DNA of 53,190 bases, filler included, from Ionaspis alba (lineage: Eukaryota): NCBI GenBank assembly GCA_964255285.1. It is 2 parts of 2 records of this genome, joined end to end, with 100 filler letters (N's around TTAATTAATTAA, not from the genome) between each part and the next. Parts side by side here need not be neighbours in the genome. Positions count along the whole stretch, not along the records: positions 26,741 to 53,190 come from CAXUUL010000145.1; 1 more part is not named here. The stretch is one strand, 5' to 3'. Below, one piece after another: positions 47,569 through 53,190 of the stretch. Numbering within the stretch: the stretch's first letter is position 1; every line of letters begins with the position of its first letter. Made by a program: the position numbers and the translations under genes. The notes beneath the pieces are model-generated. The model saw nothing but the letters and a program-made list of their open reading frames with translations. It searched no databases and was not told the DNA's origin.

Positions 47569-49273
47569 TCAAGAATCTGGTTCCAAAATTCGGAGGGCAC
47601 CACCGACCAAGAACAAACTCCCCGTGATCAGAGTTTGAGTGCCTGACCCTTGGTCAAGTGATTTCGCAAATTCCAAAGCCCCTTCGACAGTTGGTTCAAA
47701 AGCGGTTTGGGTGTGGGGAAAGATGCTGTTCCAGGTGGCTATATACTGTCCTTGCTCATGCTCTGTGAACGGCTGGCTCGGGTGCTTAAAACAACGATCT
47801 ACACCGGGGTGAGAAAGAGTAATCTAATACGGAGCCGGTTGGGAAGGCTCACCAGTCTTATCATCACCGTCCAATCGTTCATCGTATGTGCTTATGATAA
47901 GGCACTGGATCAAGGTATGGCGCTCCTGGAGAGCAGTAGCGATGCTGCGAAGAATAGCTGCTCCATCTCGCTCCGATATATGGCTAAAGATAACTATATG
48001 CGGAATTGGACCAGACGTGCTAGAAAAGTCAGCCAGAAAACTCCTTGGTTAGGCGGAAACTGCCGCTGACCCTTGCTCACGCTCGACCATCTGCGAAAAC
48101 CAATGCGCAGCGTTTTGAACACTTAGTTCATTGTGTGCGCCATCCAGAAACCACTGGTGACGTCCTTGATTGATTTGCTGGAATCGTCCCAGCCAGAAGA
48201 ACCGTTCGACGCCCATTTGAACATCTTGCGCCGTCAGCTCACGAGAGCCTTCTGGAGCTTTCTCATTGAGGAAAGTACGAGTGAGAGCAAGGGCGAGCGA
48301 AGCATTCACTCTTTGCACGTGGGGTCCCAGAACCGCAGCATTGACTGGAAGTGAATGGTCCACATCGACGAAGCTCAATCGAACATTTTTCTCCTTCGCC
48401 CTGCGCTCTAGTACCGCGGCTGTTTGGGACGTTTGAAGAGTGGAAAAGGCTGGCCTCTCGAATTTGAAGATCCCGGCTTTGTGCCACGCAATGTTTTCTA
48501 TGGATGGGCCCAGCTGTTCGATATGATCCATCCCAATGGTTGATATACCTGTAACGATAGGCCTTGGAAAGACGTTGGTTGCATCATATTCACCCCCGTG
48601 GTGAGTTTCGCAGATTGCGACGTCAACGGCCTCCTTAATGAACGTGTGGACTGCCACGAGCAACAACAGTTGGAGGTAGCGAGGCTTGGGCAGAGCCTGA
48701 GACACAACTCTTTCCCAAACTTCGAAGAGATATTTCATGAATAGGTCTTCTGACACTGGCTTGTTGTTGATCTGGATCCTTTCTTGCACACGCTTCAAGT
48801 GTGGCGACGTATAGAGACCAACCTTTTGAGGGTATCCGGTCCTACTTCCATGCACATTCAAGAAGGAGCTTGCAAAAGCACATGTGCTACCTTTCCCTTT
48901 TGTGCCTGCAACATGTATGATATTGAGATTATCAATATCACTATCCTGGAATTTGTGGTCAATCGTAGTAAGACAAGTGCACGAGGCCAAAATATACTGA
49001 ATGGCCAAGAGAAGTTAACCAAGCCTTCATGCCCGACAAACTAGGTTTGCCCCTAAAGCGCCGCTGTTCTGGCATTGCTTCCAGACCTTCAGCAACCTCC
49101 GGTTTCGATTGAGGCCGACGAGTACGGCGCCTGCTTTTAAGAAGGTTGATAGCATCCTGCAATTCATTAATTCGTCTCAGTAACCTTTGCACGTCTGACC
49201 TTGCCTCATAATGTCTCACACCTCTACAGGAGGCTTGCGAGCTTGATGGGCTGTGAATCCTGAGAGCTTTCAT
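47569..49273 (-). CDS. Folylpolyglutamate synthase family (FolC/Met7-like)
   Basis: About five exons. IIHVAGTKGKGSTC, GLYTSPHL..VQERI, GGEYDATN, IAWHKAGIFK, FLDGAH, C-terminal LITGSLFLVGG. Confidence 0.88.
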
Positions 49274-49412
49274 CCGAAGAGCAAGCGGGTACAAAGTCCA
49301 GATGAAACTAAGCACAAAAGAATTTCGAACTTCGCAGTTTTCAATGGGTTAGAAAATAAGATACATAGCACGATAGGAAGAGCGAGCGTACAGGATATAA
49401 TTATATGTATTC

Positions 49413-49436
49413 TACATACATATATATATATATACA
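49413..49436. repeat. (TA)7 microsatellite flanked by TACA units
   Basis: TACATACATATATATATATATACA seen directly. Confidence 0.8.
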
Positions 49437-50553
49437 TTGATTGTGATAGTTGGTGACAATCAGTTTGGGATGGTTGGTGACAACGTAGCCGACGAGCGGA
49501 CTCCATCGCGTTACAGATTTCCACGTCTAACCTAGCTAGGTATTTTACGCACACGGTTAGCCGCATCCTTCAGACACAAATACACCAACTTTGCTGAGCC
49601 AACGATCTATATGCATAGAAGAGAGGATTAACTCTTCCTATCAATTCTTCGGGCCCATTCAGTCCATGTCCCGATCACCACCGGGTATTGTGAGTAATTG
49701 TGCATGCTATCTCCACGTTTGGCTTCTTCCTAGTCCCACTTCATTCGACTGTGCTAAACTTATGACTTGTGGCGTAATCATATCCTACACATCTGCTGCC
49801 CTGCCACCACAACTCTACATGATCGACCGGGACCTCCACCCCCAGGCCAGCGCCTACCGATCATAGAGCTTCGACCTCTACCCCTGGCGTTGTTCTCTTC
49901 ATTTCAACTAAGAAACGGGTAAATAATCCGATCAAAGGTTTGTGGCGGGTGTTCCTCCGACACCGGTTCGTACATTTGCTAGCAAAGCGCCTACAATAAG
50001 GCCGCTGCCGTGTAGGTGTATTCTGTTCATGCAAGATGTGTTTGTCGCAAAATGTTCTGAATTTTGCGAAGGGGCCTCTGGACCTGGCCTTCTCTCCAAT
50101 CTGCCTCATCACATCTCATTTCTTGCTTTGACAATGAGCGAGGTTGGCTTGATGGGGAAGGCGGATGCGGGGCTGCGGCGGCCCTTTGTCTGTGCCGTTT
50201 TCTATCCAGCGTGAATCCTGGATTTATCACTGCGCCTTGCGCTGGTACGATCTCTCCTGCATATTTTGTACGCCGATTGGCCACTGCGAGCCGCTTTTGC
50301 TGTGTAAATTGGTCAAATAGGTATACTGGAGCACTCTTTGTATAAGCCCCACATCCCGTCGTACCGCCCCACGCAGCAAAGGTGTGAAGACTAGACATTT
50401 ACCAGTGGTGGGAGAGTATATTTCGACTTCCCACAGGATTTCAGAGCATAAATATCTTCTGAACGACTCGCCTTTTTGATCGATTAGAGTACTTACTCGA
50501 CCGTGGCTCCAGGCCGCGAAACGCTACCACTACAAGAAAGTCCCTCTGTAAAT

Positions 50554-52098
50554 ATGGCCGGTTCTGATATAGGCACTCCTAGCAAAAACACAGAGGACCA
50601 GTCGCGCTCGTCTACTCCGGCAAAGCGATCAACCAGAAGACCCGCAAAGGCAGCAGGCCACGCGCTGTTGACTCCTGATACATCCATAGACGAGGATGAT
50701 TCCACAACAAAGAGCGATAGCTCAACTGGTCGCAGGCTTTCTTCCAAAGAATTGTCTTCGAGTCCATCAGTCGATGCTGCGAGACGATCAAGCATTAGAC
50801 AGCTCCAAAAGCGTCTTAGCAACGCCAGTGTCAGAAGCGAAGATATCTCTCCGTCTTCCAAACCTACAGAGGAAGATCCTTTTGAGCTTCCTCCGGCTAC
50901 GGCAGAGATTCATGCAACCCCGTCGATAGCAAGCGAACTTGGCCCCTCTCAAAGAAAACGACCGCCAAAATCGCCCCTCTCCAGAAAGCGCAACAAAACC
51001 ACGCAGAGCTCTTCGGGACATGAAAGTCTTGCACTTGAGGGATTAGGAGGGCAGCGCTCTGTTTCCGCACCTGCGATCAGTATAACACGACCACGTCGTA
51101 AATCTGCGCAGACACTCCGCCCCGACAGCGAGCCAGCAACAACAAATTCGGACCAGACAACGGCTGTCCAAGAACAATCTGATGTCGATGCAGACGTTGG
51201 CGAGAATAGGACCGAGTCGAATACGACCACAGACTGCTCAGAGCCCGAGTCAGATTCTCCCGAATTCTTTCCGTGGTCCACAAAGCCACCTCGAGGGCAG
51301 GAAAATATCACTCTGAACCTCTTGGATATTATCAATGGTGGCCCATACAAACCGACCAAGAAGGAGAAAATCATCGAGGGCTACGTCTATGTCTACACCC
51401 TTCCCTCAGCTCCTGGTTACGTCAAAGTGGGCAAGACACAGCAAAATCCCAAGTCTCGTATCGATCAGCAGAAATCAAAATGCAAGCTCGATTATCAGCA
51501 ATTCAGCGACAAGCACGAAAGAGTGTTTCCCCATTACGGTGTTGTCGAGCGCCTGGTACAGGCAGAGCTCTGGAAATGCCGAATGAAGTTCTCGTGCAAG
51601 CGATGCAAGAGACGGAAGGAGCGTAAGGAGTGCACGAAATGCAGCGAGGAAGACACATGCGAGGACTGCAAAAACGTCCACGAGGATTTGCCAACCGAGC
51701 ACTCCGAATGGTACAAGACGACTCCCGAGAAAGCATTGGAGGTCATCAACCGCTGGCGAGGATGGATAATACAATACGACCCTTACACCCCGGAGCGCGA
51801 GCTAGTCGCTTACTGGACCCAGGCTCATTACCATGCTAGGAGACGGTCGAACCCTCTGGTATGGTCGCAGTGGCTGGATCCTGAGCGCCATGACTGGTAC
51901 CGCTACTATTTGTTCAAACCATACGGAGGCGCTTTGGGTACCTTTTTTATGGCCCCTAGACCTAGCAGATCGCAGTCTTTGCGGGATAGAGGGGTGATAT
52001 ATTGTATATTGGTCGGATTTATTACTATATGTCAATTGTATGAGTGGAAGGGATGGTTTGCTCTTGCGTCCTTGATGTTGTTCATAACTTATGTCTAG
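50554..52098 (+). CDS. T5orf172 (GIY-YIG-like, MUG113-type) domain protein with hydrophobic C-terminus
   Basis: GYVYVY...GYVKVGKT...RI.QQ..C...VERLVQAEL...C..C...HSEWY motif series. Disordered S/T/P N-terminal half. First ATG at 50554. Confidence 0.82.
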   Translation: MAGSDIGTPSKNTEDQSRSSTPAKRSTRRPAKAAGHALLTPDTSIDEDDSTTKSDSSTGRRLSSKELSSSPSVDAARRSSIRQLQKRLSNASVRSEDISPSSKPTEEDPFELPPATAEIHATPSIASELGPSQRKRPPKSPLSRKRNKTTQSSSGHESLALEGLGGQRSVSAPAISITRPRRKSAQTLRPDSEPATTNSDQTTAVQEQSDVDADVGENRTESNTTTDCSEPESDSPEFFPWSTKPPRGQENITLNLLDIINGGPYKPTKKEKIIEGYVYVYTLPSAPGYVKVGKTQQNPKSRIDQQKSKCKLDYQQFSDKHERVFPHYGVVERLVQAELWKCRMKFSCKRCKRRKERKECTKCSEEDTCEDCKNVHEDLPTEHSEWYKTTPEKALEVINRWRGWIIQYDPYTPERELVAYWTQAHYHARRRSNPLVWSQWLDPERHDWYRYYLFKPYGGALGTFFMAPRPSRSQSLRDRGVIYCILVGFITICQLYEWKGWFALASLMLFITYV

Positions 52099-52492
52099 TT
52101 TTAAACAGTTTTGCCAGATCTTGGATCTGATGAATTCTGAAACATGCTATCTACAAATCATTGTTATATGATTTCACTTGGCGGTTGTTTTGCACGCTAC
52201 TGAGGACAGGTAGTGGTAAAATTGTTTATCCAAAGGATGTCATAGAGTTCGTACTCTTTCTCATATACAAAGTACGTGGGTCAGGACTTACTGCACATCA
52301 TGCAGCACATACCGCTTCATAGATAACCGAGCCCACAATCACGCAGTTTGTGTGGCTGGCACGCCATCAGCATCCCACACGCTCGAGTTTCTTGTCCGGT
52401 GTTTGCATAGGTATCTTACGTGGAAAGTCGTGCGTCTATGTCCGCTTCGGCTTTCCGTGCCTTACCTGTACTTTCCAAACACTTGCACCAAG

Positions 52493-53190
52493 CTACCGGG
52501 TGTCCTTTCTCTTCCTCTTGCTTCGTCTCCTTTGACTTCTTCTCTTCTCATCAAATGACTCAAGCACTGGAGCATCTTGCTTGTTAGCTCGCTGAACGGC
52601 CTCCGTGGTCTCTGAATCAGATACTCGTGCGTCGGACAGCGTTGTGATGCTGGGTAGAAAATTCGGTGTCTGGATTTGGGTAGTGGAGATGATGGATTCG
52701 GGAGGGGACTGGCGTCTCCCTGCGCCAGTGAAGAGGAACTTTGGAGTGCGTTGATTGGTGACTGAGATGATACAAGGCGTGGGCTTAGAGCGTGGCTTCA
52801 ATGGGAGGAATTCATTATCGTAAGTCTGCCTAGGTGACGAAGCTCGTGATGGAAGTGCTGAGGATCTAGCGTAGCTAAGAGGCGAGGAAGCAATTGAGGG
52901 CGATGTTGGACGCGTGGCGACATGTTTGTTCCGAGTATGTGCTACTTCCTGCTCGACAGCGGCGTCTGGGACGAGTACTTGTGATCCGCCGGTCGCATCT
53001 TTTGCCATTCCTGCCTGACAGTCTTCCTCGAACCCCACTCGAGCAAGGATATTCTCCTTCACACCACTCGCCGCAACAATCCTCCCACCTTCAGCACCCT
53101 CAACCACCACACCACCACCCTCCATTCTCTGCCTCTCCTCTCGCCCCATCCTCCTTTTCTCTCCAGTCAACGGGTCCCAAACCCACCCAC
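52493..53190 (-). CDS. Hypothetical low-complexity protein, probably 5' partial at the right edge
   Basis: ORF of at least 225 aa with a basic C-terminus; no domain recognised. Confidence 0.5.
   Translation of the reverse strand, partial: GWVWDPLTGEKRRMGREERQRMEGGGVVVEGAEGGRIVAASGVKENILARVGFEEDCQAGMAKDATGGSQVLVPDAAVEQEVAHTRNKHVATRPTSPSIASSPLSYARSSALPSRASSPRQTYDNEFLPLKPRSKPTPCIISVTNQRTPKFLFTGAGRRQSPPESIISTTQIQTPNFLPSITTLSDARVSDSETTEAVQRANKQDAPVLESFDEKRRSQRRRSKRKRKDTR

Overview
Gene-dense nuclear DNA from a filamentous ascomycete (Pezizomycotina), with short spliceosomal introns and CTRAC/CTAAY branch sites. The window is two contigs joined by an artificial N44-TTAATTAATTAA-N44 linker at 26641-26740. 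The left contig carries mostly head-to-head housekeeping gene pairs (UTP25/eIF3f, TAF13/KSH1, PPR/CWF18, bL17m/MIC12 with tRNA-Thr(AGT) between them, R3H-SUZ/ZCCHC10-like, RPS23/hypothetical), then three tandem BTB/POZ genes, a minisatellite and a 5'-truncated AXL2-like gene. The right contig carries a CorA-like gene, BIG1-like, FCF1, CSI2/PRM5-like, UBA4, SLX9-like, a single-TM surface protein, an S28 peptidase, ARO3-type DAHP synthase, a folylpolyglutamate synthase and a T5orf172-domain gene. The most striking observation is a 48-nt AT-AC intron with major-spliceosome (U2-type) signals; removing it is the only splice I found that builds the intact CX2CX4HX4C zinc knuckle of the ZCCHC10-like gene. 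Other points of interest are GC-AG introns and GAG acceptors, a 7-nt tRNA intron, a tRNA-like Pol III element, a homopolymer frameshift separating a signal peptide from its ORF, and the BTB triad. All gene models were built by hand; family names come from motif recognition, not database searches.
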